Shown here: in pieces, positions 7,398-16,770 of the stretch
Position numbering within the stretch: position 1 is the first letter of the stretch
Layout of the letters: each line of letters starts with the position of its first letter
Virus record (IMG/VR): IMGVR_UViG_3300012210_000006
Location: 5,860 to 69,859 of that record
Reading direction: 5' to 3' (one strand)
Origin: a virus
Length of the DNA stretch: 64,000 nt
Notes under the pieces: model-generated
Database searches by the model: none
What the model saw: only the letters and a program-made list of their open reading frames with translations
Told to the model about the DNA's origin: nothing
Program-made: the position numbers and the translations under genes

Positions 7398-9154
7398 TGC
7401 CTGATATTCAGACGAAATTACAAGAAACAATTAAATCGCTACAAGAATCTGGTGATTTAATTGGTTCTACTATTTTGGCTGAAGAATCTGCTTCAGGACA
7501 GAAAATTCCGTCTTCTCATCTTAATAAGATTCGGAAATGGATAAGAGAAGATATAGACGTAGAAAGAATTCATACTTTTCCTGTTATTATGATTGATACC
7601 GCTCCTACGAGGAATTTAGTCATATATACAGCAAAAACACAAAAGAAATCTTTAAATGGATGGTTTGGAAGAACGGTTCTGTTTAATTCAACTGGGGTTG
7701 GGAATGTAGGTTTGTTAGGACAGGCAGATCATTCTCTTCAAGCTTCTTCTCAAGTAGCGCGCATATATGATGCAAAGATGGTTAAAACTCCCGATGGTGA
7801 AATTGGGACTCTTGGATGGATATTTGCAGTTGAAGGCGTTGACCCTGTTATAGATTCTTTTATTAATAAATTAAATGCTGGTGTTTTACGAGAAGTTTCT
7901 ATCCATGTTGCGGTTGCTGAAGGAATTTTTTGTTCTATAGATGAAAAACAATTTGCATCATGGAGTGATGATAAAACTGAAGAAAATGAAAAAATTATAT
8001 GTTTCGATCATCAACCTGGGAATAAATATGGAAAACAAATTTGTTATATGTCGACCGGGGACCATAGAGTTGAACCCTTAGAACTATCGGTTGTTGCTTG
8101 TCCTGGTTCGATAAATGCTAGAGTATTAAAACCTGATGAAGTTGAAGATTATACAATGACCTCTCTTAGTGAGGCATTAGGTGGTTCAAAAGAAGTGAAG
8201 GAGAATATCATGGCTAAGAAAAACGAATCATCTGATCCCGCATTGAAGACAATATTTGAATTGGCAAAAGAAGCTGGTCTTTTAATTTCTGAAAAGAAAG
8301 ACGATAAGAAAGAGTCTAAATGTGGAGAGTGTGGTCATCAATCACATGAAGGTTCTTGTTCTGCTAATTGCAATTCTTGTAAGGAATCAAAGAAAAAGGA
8401 TGAAAAATACGATAAAGAGTCTTTGAACTCCGAGAAAAAGGATAATGTCGTTGATGACGGTGACGACGATGATAAGAAGAAAAAGAAAGAAGAGGAAGAA
8501 GCTAATCCAGATCAAAAGAAACCGGGTACGAAATCTAAGGATTCTAAAGAGGAAGAAGAGTCTAATCCTGACCAAAAGAAACCTGGGACAAAATCAAAAG
8601 ATTCCAAGGATAAAGATAAAGACGACGAAGAAGAGAAGAAGGCTGATCCACCGGAAGGCGATGATGATACAAAAGAATCATTTTTGTTTATAGAAGGTGA
8701 TTGTCCTGCCTGCGGGCGTTCCGAGGCTTCATCTAACACAGATGAAGAGGCCGTGAAGAATTTGCGCGCTAAAATGACCGAACAGGTTCAATTGATTATT
8801 ACGGAAGCGAAAAAGAGAATTAAGGCGAATTCGGAAAAAGCGGCTCAATACGATGCTATTTTCTCCCTGTTCGTAGAGGAAACTGCATCGCTTGCTGTCG
8901 AGACGGGATTAAAGAAGTTTCAGGAACGTGACAATTATATTGAAACCTTAAAATCTCTGTCTTTTAATGCAGTACAGGAAATTCGTCTTAGTCTTTCTGC
9001 AAAACAGAAACCTTCTCGTGAAAATAAGGTTGAAGAATTGCACCAATCAATGTTGGAAAGAGCGAAACAAAATCTTGGAACAGTGATTGAAGAGAAAGAT
9101 GGCAAGAAGAAATCTGTAAGCGGCTTAACTTCTCGCCCTAAGTTCGCAGTATAA
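7397..9154 (+). CDS. Prohead protease-scaffold fusion
   Basis: N-terminal REVSI...HQPG..Y...ELSVVACPG protease-type motifs; charged, coiled-coil C-terminal half; between portal and capsid genes. Confidence 0.8.
   Translation: MPDIQTKLQETIKSLQESGDLIGSTILAEESASGQKIPSSHLNKIRKWIREDIDVERIHTFPVIMIDTAPTRNLVIYTAKTQKKSLNGWFGRTVLFNSTGVGNVGLLGQADHSLQASSQVARIYDAKMVKTPDGEIGTLGWIFAVEGVDPVIDSFINKLNAGVLREVSIHVAVAEGIFCSIDEKQFASWSDDKTEENEKIICFDHQPGNKYGKQICYMSTGDHRVEPLELSVVACPGSINARVLKPDEVEDYTMTSLSEALGGSKEVKENIMAKKNESSDPALKTIFELAKEAGLLISEKKDDKKESKCGECGHQSHEGSCSANCNSCKESKKKDEKYDKESLNSEKKDNVVDDGDDDDKKKKKEEEEANPDQKKPGTKSKDSKEEEESNPDQKKPGTKSKDSKDKDKDDEEEKKADPPEGDDDTKESFLFIEGDCPACGRSEASSNTDEEAVKNLRAKMTEQVQLIITEAKKRIKANSEKAAQYDAIFSLFVEETASLAVETGLKKFQERDNYIETLKSLSFNAVQEIRLSLSAKQKPSRENKVEELHQSMLERAKQNLGTVIEEKDGKKKSVSGLTSRPKFAV
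8210..9154 (+). CDS. Putative nested in-frame scaffolding protein
   Basis: AAGGAG 6 nt before an in-frame ATG at 8210, at the domain boundary. Confidence 0.55.
   Translation: MAKKNESSDPALKTIFELAKEAGLLISEKKDDKKESKCGECGHQSHEGSCSANCNSCKESKKKDEKYDKESLNSEKKDNVVDDGDDDDKKKKKEEEEANPDQKKPGTKSKDSKEEEESNPDQKKPGTKSKDSKDKDKDDEEEKKADPPEGDDDTKESFLFIEGDCPACGRSEASSNTDEEAVKNLRAKMTEQVQLIITEAKKRIKANSEKAAQYDAIFSLFVEETASLAVETGLKKFQERDNYIETLKSLSFNAVQEIRLSLSAKQKPSRENKVEELHQSMLERAKQNLGTVIEEKDGKKKSVSGLTSRPKFAV
8489..8608 (+). repeat. Tandem 60-bp (20-aa) duplication EEEE[A/S]NPDQKKPGTKSKDSK
   Basis: 19/20 aa identical; 12 synonymous differences. Confidence 0.9.
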
Positions 9155-9170
9155 TAAGAGGAGCATTCAA

Positions 9171-9713
9171 ATGCCTGCACAATTTCCGAGAGTCAACGGG
9201 GTCTTAGTTGATCCTCATACTGCACAAATTAATTCTTTGTATCCTGATCCGTCGCTTTTGGCTGGTTCAACGAATGCTTCTTCGGTTGTGCCGATAACGG
9301 GTTCGAGTGCTCAATACGGGCAATTGTGGCGTGGAATGCCAGTTTATATTAATAACACGACTGGTAAATTGGTTCCTCCGAATGATGCAGGAGTTTCTGG
9401 TTCGACTTCGATTTATACGGGTGTGCTTGTTGATGATCTATCATCTTTTAAGCTTGCACAGGGAACGAAGGTTTCTTATATTATGCGTGGGCGTATTCGT
9501 TCTTACGCTGGTGGGGCCTTAATGGTTGGAGATTGGGTTAAACCTGATGTTTCTGCTAATTTTTCAGGTTTTGTTAAATGGGTCGATGGAACCGACGATG
9601 TGATTTATCGTGTTGGACAGTTTCTTCCTATAGATGATGGTTCGGCTGAGAATGGTTCTTCTGCTGGAACTGCTGCTGTTCAAGGTGATTCGATTTTCGT
9701 TAATCTTGTCTAA
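9171..9713 (+). CDS. Head decoration/cement protein
   Basis: Beta-rich 180 aa immediately upstream of MCP; GVLVDD...MRGRIR...LMVGDWV pattern. Confidence 0.7.
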   Translation: MPAQFPRVNGVLVDPHTAQINSLYPDPSLLAGSTNASSVVPITGSSAQYGQLWRGMPVYINNTTGKLVPPNDAGVSGSTSIYTGVLVDDLSSFKLAQGTKVSYIMRGRIRSYAGGALMVGDWVKPDVSANFSGFVKWVDGTDDVIYRVGQFLPIDDGSAENGSSAGTAAVQGDSIFVNLV

Positions 9714-9767
9714 TAAATAATAGGAGATTATTTCAGTAATATTCCTCTCGTTCTAGGAGAGACTACA

Positions 9768-10880
9768 ATGTCAGTTTTGAAAAAAATAAATCTTCAAGAA
9801 GCCGTTACGAAATTGGTTTCGGAGATTGGCGAGCGCATCCCTCTGAAAGCTTTTGATAAAGTCAAGAAAACTTCAGTTGCTGCACAATGCCGTGAAGCTG
9901 GCATCTCTCTTGGAGAACTTGCGGAGTCTCTTGGGTATGATGGTGCTGCTTCATTTTTGAAACAGCAAATGGGAGTGGATGTTAAAACGCTTCGTTTAGA
10001 AGAACTTTGGACTTCTGACGAATTGCACGGTATGCAACCGGAATTGTTCTTGGATACAATTTTGATGGCAAACCTGAATGCAATGGTTATGCATAATGTT
10101 GTCACGGAGATTCCGATTGAGCGTGGCGAGATTGTGATTCGTACGTTTGAAGATGCTGGTCAGGTTTATGAACTTGGTCAAGGACAAACGATTCCTGACG
10201 ATCAGGGTATTATCATCCGTCGTACGCATTATGTGAAGAAAATTGGTCGTGGTCTTAATTGGTCTTATGAAGAGCAACGCCGTACGCAATTTCCTTTGAT
10301 TCAGTTGAATCTTATGCGCGTTGGTCTTCGCATGGCTCTTAAAAAAGACTTGGACATTCTTAATGTGCTTCGTACGGGTATCCCTGCACAGTTGGCAAAT
10401 GGTCAACAGCCTGCCCAGGCGGCTATTGCGACTCCGACTTCGATTTCACAATCGAATACGGTTGGTTCCGGTGTGCCTGCTGGACAGTTGGTTTTTGCCG
10501 ATGTTGTGCAAATTGTTACGGACATTGCGAATCGTAATTACCATGGTGATTTCGCGGTTATGTCGCCAGTCACATATGGTAAGTTCGCTCTTATTCCCCA
10601 GGTTTCTAATTACCTGAATGCCGGTCCAATGGCATCAAAAGTTCTTGAAACTGGCGTGATTTCACATTTCTTTGGTCTTGACTTGTTTATTACGAAGCAG
10701 ATGCCCGATAATGAAATTCTTGCTGGTCAAAAGGGATTCGCAGGAGTATTGTTTGTCGAACAACCGCTTCTTCTTGAAGAAGAAAAGATCATTTCGAAAC
10801 AGATTGAGCGTTGTCAGGTTACGGAATGTTATGTTCCGGCTGTGTTGTATACACAAGCTTTGACGAAAATGGACTTCTAA
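9768..10880 (+). CDS. Major capsid protein (HK97 fold)
   Basis: 370 aa, strong RBS, high-expression codon usage (CGT, GGT), KKIGRGLNWSYE and LFITKQMPD motifs. Confidence 0.9.
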   Translation: MSVLKKINLQEAVTKLVSEIGERIPLKAFDKVKKTSVAAQCREAGISLGELAESLGYDGAASFLKQQMGVDVKTLRLEELWTSDELHGMQPELFLDTILMANLNAMVMHNVVTEIPIERGEIVIRTFEDAGQVYELGQGQTIPDDQGIIIRRTHYVKKIGRGLNWSYEEQRRTQFPLIQLNLMRVGLRMALKKDLDILNVLRTGIPAQLANGQQPAQAAIATPTSISQSNTVGSGVPAGQLVFADVVQIVTDIANRNYHGDFAVMSPVTYGKFALIPQVSNYLNAGPMASKVLETGVISHFFGLDLFITKQMPDNEILAGQKGFAGVLFVEQPLLLEEEKIISKQIERCQVTECYVPAVLYTQALTKMDF

Positions 10881-10905
10881 AACTAGAAACTGTTCTCTAG
10901 GAGAA

Positions 10906-11361
10906 ATGAACGTGAAGAAACTTCTGTCGCTTATATCCTTACTTGCAATTACCTGTGGTATTGCTCAAGCACAAAGCATTTCTCTTTCTCCTGGTGTTGC
11001 CCAACAGGCCGTTCCTGAGTTTTCTCGCTGTGGATATTCTGTTGCAATATCTTCTTCGACAGCCGCAACAACTCTTTTATCTGATGGTACGTTGGTTGGT
11101 CTTGGACTTCATGTATGTGGTTTCGAAGTTCAAATTGTTTCTGGGACTTCACCGACTTTTAAATTAGTTTATGGTACGAAAGTATCTACTGACTGTGACA
11201 CTGGTGCAATTAATGTAACTGGTGCATTTGCAGGAACTGGTGTATTTACTTCTAGTGGTATTGGAATGCAAATGAATATATCAAGTGGAAAGGAATTATG
11301 CATCATTGCGGGGGGAACATCTCCTGTTCTCGCGGGATTTGTGACCTACGGGTATTGGTAA
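10906..11361 (+). CDS. Secreted beta-sandwich-like protein A
   Basis: Sec signal MNVKKLLSLISLLAITCGIAQA|Q; 4 Cys in the mature part. Confidence 0.8.
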   Translation: MNVKKLLSLISLLAITCGIAQAQSISLSPGVAQQAVPEFSRCGYSVAISSSTAATTLLSDGTLVGLGLHVCGFEVQIVSGTSPTFKLVYGTKVSTDCDTGAINVTGAFAGTGVFTSSGIGMQMNISSGKELCIIAGGTSPVLAGFVTYGYW

Positions 11362-11362
11362 G

Positions 11363-12148
11363 ATGCAAAAATTCAAAATAATAGGATTGCTGTTTTTAGC
11401 AATCCTATTAGGCTTTGTTCATGTCGGTAATGTTTCGGCTCAAACATTTGGGACGAATATTCCTTGTTTTAATGCTGGTCTTCCTGTTCCTACTCCAGCA
11501 GTGACGGGACAAGTAACCGCTCCTATATGCATTAATGGAAAATTACAAGTAAATGCGATTGGTGGTTCTACTCCTGTTCCCTGTGTAACTGACGGAGCAG
11601 GCATATGCTATGTTCATCCGACCGCAATACCGACATTGAACGTACATAGCGTTGATCCTACTCCTATTCCTGTTCCGACTTGTAATTTAGGAATTCCCTG
11701 TGTGCAGATAACCGGAGCACCTACATTTCCGCCTTTGCCGACGCCAATTCCAAATTCAACGTCAGTGCCGTATTTCGTGTCGTGCATTGTTGTCTCTTCC
11801 GGCGTATGTCCAACTCCGTTAGCAATTCAACCTGTATCGCCGGCTACAACCGTGACTCCCGCCACGCAGATAACAGCAGCGGCTTCAATAACGTCGATTG
11901 TGTTGTTTGCTGGAAATGCTTCATTAAATGGATTTACGATTTGTAATTCATCTACGTCTGATGCCTATTTCAACTTCGGGACAACTGCGACGCTAGGATT
12001 ACCTTTTTGGCAACACTTTCCTGCGGTCACAGTATCTCCTACGGTCGTAGAACCGTGCTTTACTTTATATGGAGTTGGCATATATCGTGGCCCTATATCG
12101 GCTATATCGACATCGGCAACAGGATTCTATGTTTTGACGTGGTGGTAA
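11363..12148 (+). CDS. Secreted Pro/Thr-rich protein B
   Basis: Sec signal ...GNVSA|Q; PTP linkers; 10 Cys. Confidence 0.8.
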   Translation: MQKFKIIGLLFLAILLGFVHVGNVSAQTFGTNIPCFNAGLPVPTPAVTGQVTAPICINGKLQVNAIGGSTPVPCVTDGAGICYVHPTAIPTLNVHSVDPTPIPVPTCNLGIPCVQITGAPTFPPLPTPIPNSTSVPYFVSCIVVSSGVCPTPLAIQPVSPATTVTPATQITAAASITSIVLFAGNASLNGFTICNSSTSDAYFNFGTTATLGLPFWQHFPAVTVSPTVVEPCFTLYGVGIYRGPISAISTSATGFYVLTWW

Positions 12149-12149
12149 A

Positions 12150-12968
12150 ATGATTATATTATTGCGATCTTTTATTACTCTGTGTTTTGTTGTTGTTCTT
12201 AATTCAGTGGTCACGGCGCAATCATGGCCCCCATCGAGCGGAGGCGGGGGCGGAGCAGTTTCGTCGGTTTCGAATACCGACGGCTTCCTTGATATTTCCC
12301 CTACAACGGGAGCCGTTGTAGGTGGCCTGCATGTTGAGCCTGGAACACAGTGCTCTAGCGTTTTCGGCACCTCTTTTGCCTTTATCAGCACCGCATTCGG
12401 TCCTCCCACAGGGATGACATTTGACGGTTTAAATATCGGCGTTTGCTCAGATATTTACGCCTCCCAGATGCATGCTAGTGTATACCAAGCCTTGCAAACC
12501 ACAATCACTCCTAGCGAGTATATGTGGGTCGATTATACCAATAATCCAGGGAACGGCATCGGAGCAGGTACGGGCGTGCTCAACGGGATAACCTGCGAGA
12601 TTCTTCAAATCTCAACGAACACGTTCGGCGGGACAACCGCATGTACTCTCGGGATGGACAGAAACGGTACGTTGACCACGCAAAGCGGGGCTGTTTTTGG
12701 CCCCGGAACCGTAAAAACATTCCCCTGGCATCCGGCCACTGATCCATCGTGCACCGTGTCGGCGGGCGGCACTTCCTGCACGACGACGTTCAACGTTCCG
12801 GATACTTCAATGCGGTGCACCGCCAATGACGAGGCTACGGCGCTGGGCGGAATCGGCTACTCAATTGCTGTATCCGCTCCGTCAAGTACGACCGTCACGC
12901 TAACATACGGGGCAGTTGGCGTCATAGCGGGTGGAGGAGTTGCGACCTTCTCGGTGGTATGCAATTAA
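12150..12968 (+). CDS. Secreted protein C (GC-rich mature domain)
   Basis: Sec signal ...SVVTA|Q; Gly linker; 8 Cys in the mature part. Confidence 0.8.
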   Translation: MIILLRSFITLCFVVVLNSVVTAQSWPPSSGGGGGAVSSVSNTDGFLDISPTTGAVVGGLHVEPGTQCSSVFGTSFAFISTAFGPPTGMTFDGLNIGVCSDIYASQMHASVYQALQTTITPSEYMWVDYTNNPGNGIGAGTGVLNGITCEILQISTNTFGGTTACTLGMDRNGTLTTQSGAVFGPGTVKTFPWHPATDPSCTVSAGGTSCTTTFNVPDTSMRCTANDEATALGGIGYSIAVSAPSSTTVTLTYGAVGVIAGGGVATFSVVCN

Positions 12969-13012
12969 AAGAGAGCAGGAATGTTTTCGATTTTAATCGA
13001 AGGAGATTATTT

Positions 13013-13456
13013 ATGAAGTTTTTAGCATTTCCGATTTTAGCAATTATTCTTCTTGGTGCTTCTCGTAATGAAATTCCTATTAAAGAATTAACTGTTCGGC
13101 ATGAAACACAATGCGATTATTCATATGATCGTCAGGAAAAAATAGCTGTTGATTTTTGTTTATTGGCAGCAGACGAATGGGCACAGGTCGCTGCAAAATA
13201 TAATAAAAAACCAGAAGGACTTTTCGCAGAGATTATGGAAGCATTAACAAGGACGCAAACATCTATGGCAATGAAACATGAAGGTAATGTTAATGCATTA
13301 TCACAAATGGACTTAGCATTTACTATTGTTAAGGGAGTTTGTCGAGAAGATGAAGCAGAGTTTGCAATTCAAGCATGTAATGCTGTTGGACGTGCCGCTG
13401 TAAAGAACTTTCCAGAAGTATATACATTTACAAAACCACAGGAGAAAATAAAATGA
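13013..13456 (+). CDS. Exported or membrane-anchored helical protein D
   Basis: AAGGAG RBS; MKFLAFPILAIILLGA signal/anchor; 4 Cys. Confidence 0.75.
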   Translation: MKFLAFPILAIILLGASRNEIPIKELTVRHETQCDYSYDRQEKIAVDFCLLAADEWAQVAAKYNKKPEGLFAEIMEALTRTQTSMAMKHEGNVNALSQMDLAFTIVKGVCREDEAEFAIQACNAVGRAAVKNFPEVYTFTKPQEKIK

Positions 13457-13680
13457 AATACCTTTGCTTGTTAGGTCTTCTTGCTCTTACTGCGTGCAAA
13501 ACTGGTTTTGGTATAACGGTTGTCGGCAGTACGCCGGTTAAAATTAGTGTTCCGATTCCAGGAACCTCCCCATTACTTCTTACCTGTTCGACAAATACGT
13601 TTGTTTGTGAAGGAGATATGGTTGTCGGTGGACAAGTAGTCCATATTACGGCTTCAAAAGCTGTTCGCGTTGTTCATTAA
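13453..13680 (+). CDS. Predicted lipoprotein E
   Basis: MKYLCLLGLLALTA|C lipobox; ATGA overlap with D. Confidence 0.75.
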   Translation: MKYLCLLGLLALTACKTGFGITVVGSTPVKISVPIPGTSPLLLTCSTNTFVCEGDMVVGGQVVHITASKAVRVVH

Positions 13681-13708
13681 TTTTTACTTGACTTGAGGAG
13701 ATTTTTCA

Positions 13709-14296
13709 ATGTCTTTATCTTCAGAAGAAAAACGTAATCTTGATACCCTTGGTGTGACGCATATCTCTATTGAGAATGGCGGATTTTATCAAGGTATTAC
13801 CCCAGGTGGTTTCCCCGATGTGCAAACGCATATTAAGGTTCCAGGACCAAAGGTGGAATTTGTTGATGCTTTTAGTCGAGAGATCAAAGCATTTAAAGAA
13901 ATTCCTGAGCCCGTTCAATTTCCTCATTTTAAAATTGTTCTTGAGAAAAATGAACGGTCTGGGTTGTTGGAAGAAATTGAACGGGATTTTAATGCGATGG
14001 ATATTGACCCTATCCACCTTGGATTGCTTTTTGCTCTCCAGACTGGCGTCATTCGTTATGTTCCAGAATATGAAATGCAAGAGAAATATCCTGATACGTG
14101 GGCAAAACGCTCTTTGAAACTTGTTTGGCGCAATGCGTCGGATAAGCCGGAAAAAACGAATCGTCAATTGTTGGATGAAGCGGAACAATCCGACTCGTAC
14201 TTAAGGAACTCTAAGGAAGTTTCTACTCATGTAAAAGCGGTTCAAACTGCTCTTGCAGAGGGAAAGGTTCCTCCGAAGCCTCTTGCGTTTAAGTAG
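13709..14296 (+). CDS. Hypothetical head-module protein
   Basis: GAGGAG RBS; 195 aa; high-expression codons. Confidence 0.75.
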   Translation: MSLSSEEKRNLDTLGVTHISIENGGFYQGITPGGFPDVQTHIKVPGPKVEFVDAFSREIKAFKEIPEPVQFPHFKIVLEKNERSGLLEEIERDFNAMDIDPIHLGLLFALQTGVIRYVPEYEMQEKYPDTWAKRSLKLVWRNASDKPEKTNRQLLDEAEQSDSYLRNSKEVSTHVKAVQTALAEGKVPPKPLAFK

Positions 14297-14306
14297 GGTA
14301 AATAGC

Positions 14307-14341
14307 AAAAGCCCTATCTTATACATAGGGCTTTTCTTTTT
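14307..14341 (+). terminator. Rho-independent terminator after head operon
   Basis: AAAAGCCCTAT-cttatac-ATAGGGCTTTT followed by T-rich tail. Confidence 0.85.
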
Positions 14342-14359
14342 AGAAAGGAGTGCATTGAT

Positions 14360-15088
14360 ATGATTACACTTACTACAGATCAATTGCGTTCCGTTCTCCA
14401 GTTACCGGAGCGCCCTTATTCCGATCCTCGTTTTTATGACGGATCATTATATTATGAACTTGAGCGTTTTGAAGTTGCAAGAATATTATCTGTAAGCGGA
14501 ACTGCTTCTGGTTCTGCTTATTTGTTTCGGCCTAATGTTGATTATCATCTTAATTATGATTCAATTGATTTTACGGGATCACTTGTTCCTCCAGATTTGA
14601 ATTCGATGTTCATTACGCAATATACATATTCGCGTCTTGGTAGTTCTCTTGCTTCAACTGCTTGTGCGAATGCTGTAATGATTACGACACAAGACTTAGG
14701 TCCATTATATCCGTATGCTTCGCATACTTCAAGTAATATTTCAACTGATCAACTTGCAACTTTTATTGCATCATTTCGTGCTGCCGCTGAAGCATGTAAG
14801 GGAATATCTTCTTCTGAAATTGAATTGGCACAGAAACTTAGAAGAGGAGCGGTATTATTCGATGACTCGAAGAAAACATCTGATTGGTTAGATCAGTCAA
14901 TGAAGTGGGAAACCGAATATAAGAAATATTTAACTATGGTAAGACCGAGCGGAATGGTGAGAGGTTTTTCTCTTGCTCGTCCTGTGGTAGAAAACTTAGT
15001 CATGGGTGAAGCAGGAAGAGCATGTTTCGATGGATTGTTCAATGGTTCCCTTCCCTTAACTGGTTCTCCGTGGGGCGGGATTTTCTAA
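14360..15088 (+). CDS. Putative head-tail adaptor
   Basis: Position between head and tail genes; AAGGAG RBS. Confidence 0.55.
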   Translation: MITLTTDQLRSVLQLPERPYSDPRFYDGSLYYELERFEVARILSVSGTASGSAYLFRPNVDYHLNYDSIDFTGSLVPPDLNSMFITQYTYSRLGSSLASTACANAVMITTQDLGPLYPYASHTSSNISTDQLATFIASFRAAAEACKGISSSEIELAQKLRRGAVLFDDSKKTSDWLDQSMKWETEYKKYLTMVRPSGMVRGFSLARPVVENLVMGEAGRACFDGLFNGSLPLTGSPWGGIF

Positions 15089-15663
15089 TGTCAATAAATA
15101 GGTCCAGTCTAGCGCAAAGGGAATTTTCCCAAATATTAATGAAGACTGCTCCTCAGAAGTTATTACTTATTCACGCACTTCCATTGAATTGTACTGGCGG
15201 GAATTGCTTTCAAAATGGGAGAGGATCAATCTCTGCATTATGCTCTATATGTGATGGCACAGGATATTTGACTGGATCACAATCGGGAGGTGCGGCACAA
15301 AAACCCCCCTTTTCACAAGCACCATATGCAACATCTGTGTTTATTTATGGTGATCTTCAGCAGGGACATGGATTATACGGCGCAGGCGGAGATTTCCTCA
15401 AATTGATTGCTGATCTCGGTAAACAAGATGTTGGGGATGGAACTTTATTTTGTAAGATGTGGGATTTTAATCAATTAACTGGAGAAATAGTTTATCCTGT
15501 GGTCGATGCGACATTACCGCGACCAGATATCATTGTAAGTGTTTATGGTCAACCATATAATATAATTAGGGAAATGATAGCAGAAGTGGGTAATGAGCAA
15601 ATTGCTCGTATTTTTTCAGTAGAAAAAGGTAGTTTTTCATCAATGTCTAATGGTGGTCGATAA
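15088..15663 (+). CDS. Putative head closure protein with Zn-finger
   Basis: CTGGNC...CSICDGTG motif typical of neck proteins; TAATG coupling. Confidence 0.55.
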   Translation: MSINRSSLAQREFSQILMKTAPQKLLLIHALPLNCTGGNCFQNGRGSISALCSICDGTGYLTGSQSGGAAQKPPFSQAPYATSVFIYGDLQQGHGLYGAGGDFLKLIADLGKQDVGDGTLFCKMWDFNQLTGEIVYPVVDATLPRPDIIVSVYGQPYNIIREMIAEVGNEQIARIFSVEKGSFSSMSNGGR

Positions 15664-16166
15664 TGTTTCAGGTTAAGTGCGATATTCCAGAAGATTTAGA
15701 ATCTAAGTTTGCAATTGCATTATCTTCTGAAATGTTGACAATTCGTACTATTGCTATTGCTCAGGAGGCCGGTGTAACGCTTTTGAACCATGCTGTACAG
15801 GCATGCATTGATAGTGTTTACGGTGCTAGTTCTGGAACAACAGACTCAGAACATGAATATGAACGTACTCTTGCATTATTAGATTCTCATATTGTGCAAG
15901 ATAATGGACTAGAACAATTTGTTTGTGTTGACCCCGATTCCGAAGCGATTGATCCTCATAGCGGAAGAGAATCGGTATTAGATTATGCCATTCCTGTGCA
16001 TGAAGGATATGAGCAATGGTTTATGGGGAATAATACAGGAGAATTTCATCCTGGTAAATTCTGGTTTGATACAACACTTGCGGAAGCTTCTCCTGTTATT
16101 TTTCAGTATATTTCTCTTGCATATGAAACAATCGTTATGGAACTGTTATCGGAGGTCTTTGGATAA
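15663..16166 (+). CDS. Putative tail completion protein (HK97 gp10-like)
   Basis: YA..VHEGY...PGKFWFD motif; neck synteny. Confidence 0.5.
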   Translation: MFQVKCDIPEDLESKFAIALSSEMLTIRTIAIAQEAGVTLLNHAVQACIDSVYGASSGTTDSEHEYERTLALLDSHIVQDNGLEQFVCVDPDSEAIDPHSGRESVLDYAIPVHEGYEQWFMGNNTGEFHPGKFWFDTTLAEASPVIFQYISLAYETIVMELLSEVFG

Positions 16167-16168
16167 AT

Positions 16169-16669
16169 ATGTATCCCGCCGGAGAAAGTTATTCAACTCT
16201 GATGTCTGTTGCATTTCTTAATGCTCTCCAAGATACTAATATGGTTCAACCTACGGGAGTCGCATCAACGGCGTTATTCCCCTCTGATCGTTTTAATATA
16301 ATTCTTGGGAATGACGCTGCGGTTGTTGGTTCTAAGGATAAAATAAAATTACCCTTAAATTTACCAACGGCATATATTGCGATAGGAAGACCATACGGAA
16401 CAGAACACGGATACTGCGGTGCAGAAAGTTTCGTTGATGTGCGAGCATATATTCCTTTTTCGGTATACGCAATGACGGCAGCAACACAAGACGATACCGA
16501 ACAGCGCCTTTTATTCTCTAGGCAACATCGGCAAAACGTATATTCCTCACATGGTTTAAATATTTGTGTAGCGAATACAACAGTCCGTGGTCGCCCAAGA
16601 ATGCCTTCTCCGATTACTGGATTAATGATTGTGGATTATCAATGGAATTTTTGGTATAGCCGTACTTAA
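16169..16669 (+). CDS. Putative tail terminator
   Basis: 166 aa directly upstream of the tail tube gene. Confidence 0.5.
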   Translation: MYPAGESYSTLMSVAFLNALQDTNMVQPTGVASTALFPSDRFNIILGNDAAVVGSKDKIKLPLNLPTAYIAIGRPYGTEHGYCGAESFVDVRAYIPFSVYAMTAATQDDTEQRLLFSRQHRQNVYSSHGLNICVANTTVRGRPRMPSPITGLMIVDYQWNFWYSRT

Positions 16670-16685
16670 TTTCAGGATTGTGACA
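16666..16685 (+). repeat. 20-bp exact repeat TTAATTTCAGGATTGTGACA, copy 2
   Basis: Identical to 7243-7262; upstream of the tail tube gene. Confidence 0.8.
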
Positions 16686-16770
16686 CCTATTTTTATTTGA
16701 GTATTTTCTATTTTTTAAAATGACATAGCGGATATTATTCTATCTTCAGGTTTTCTCTAGGAGAAATATC

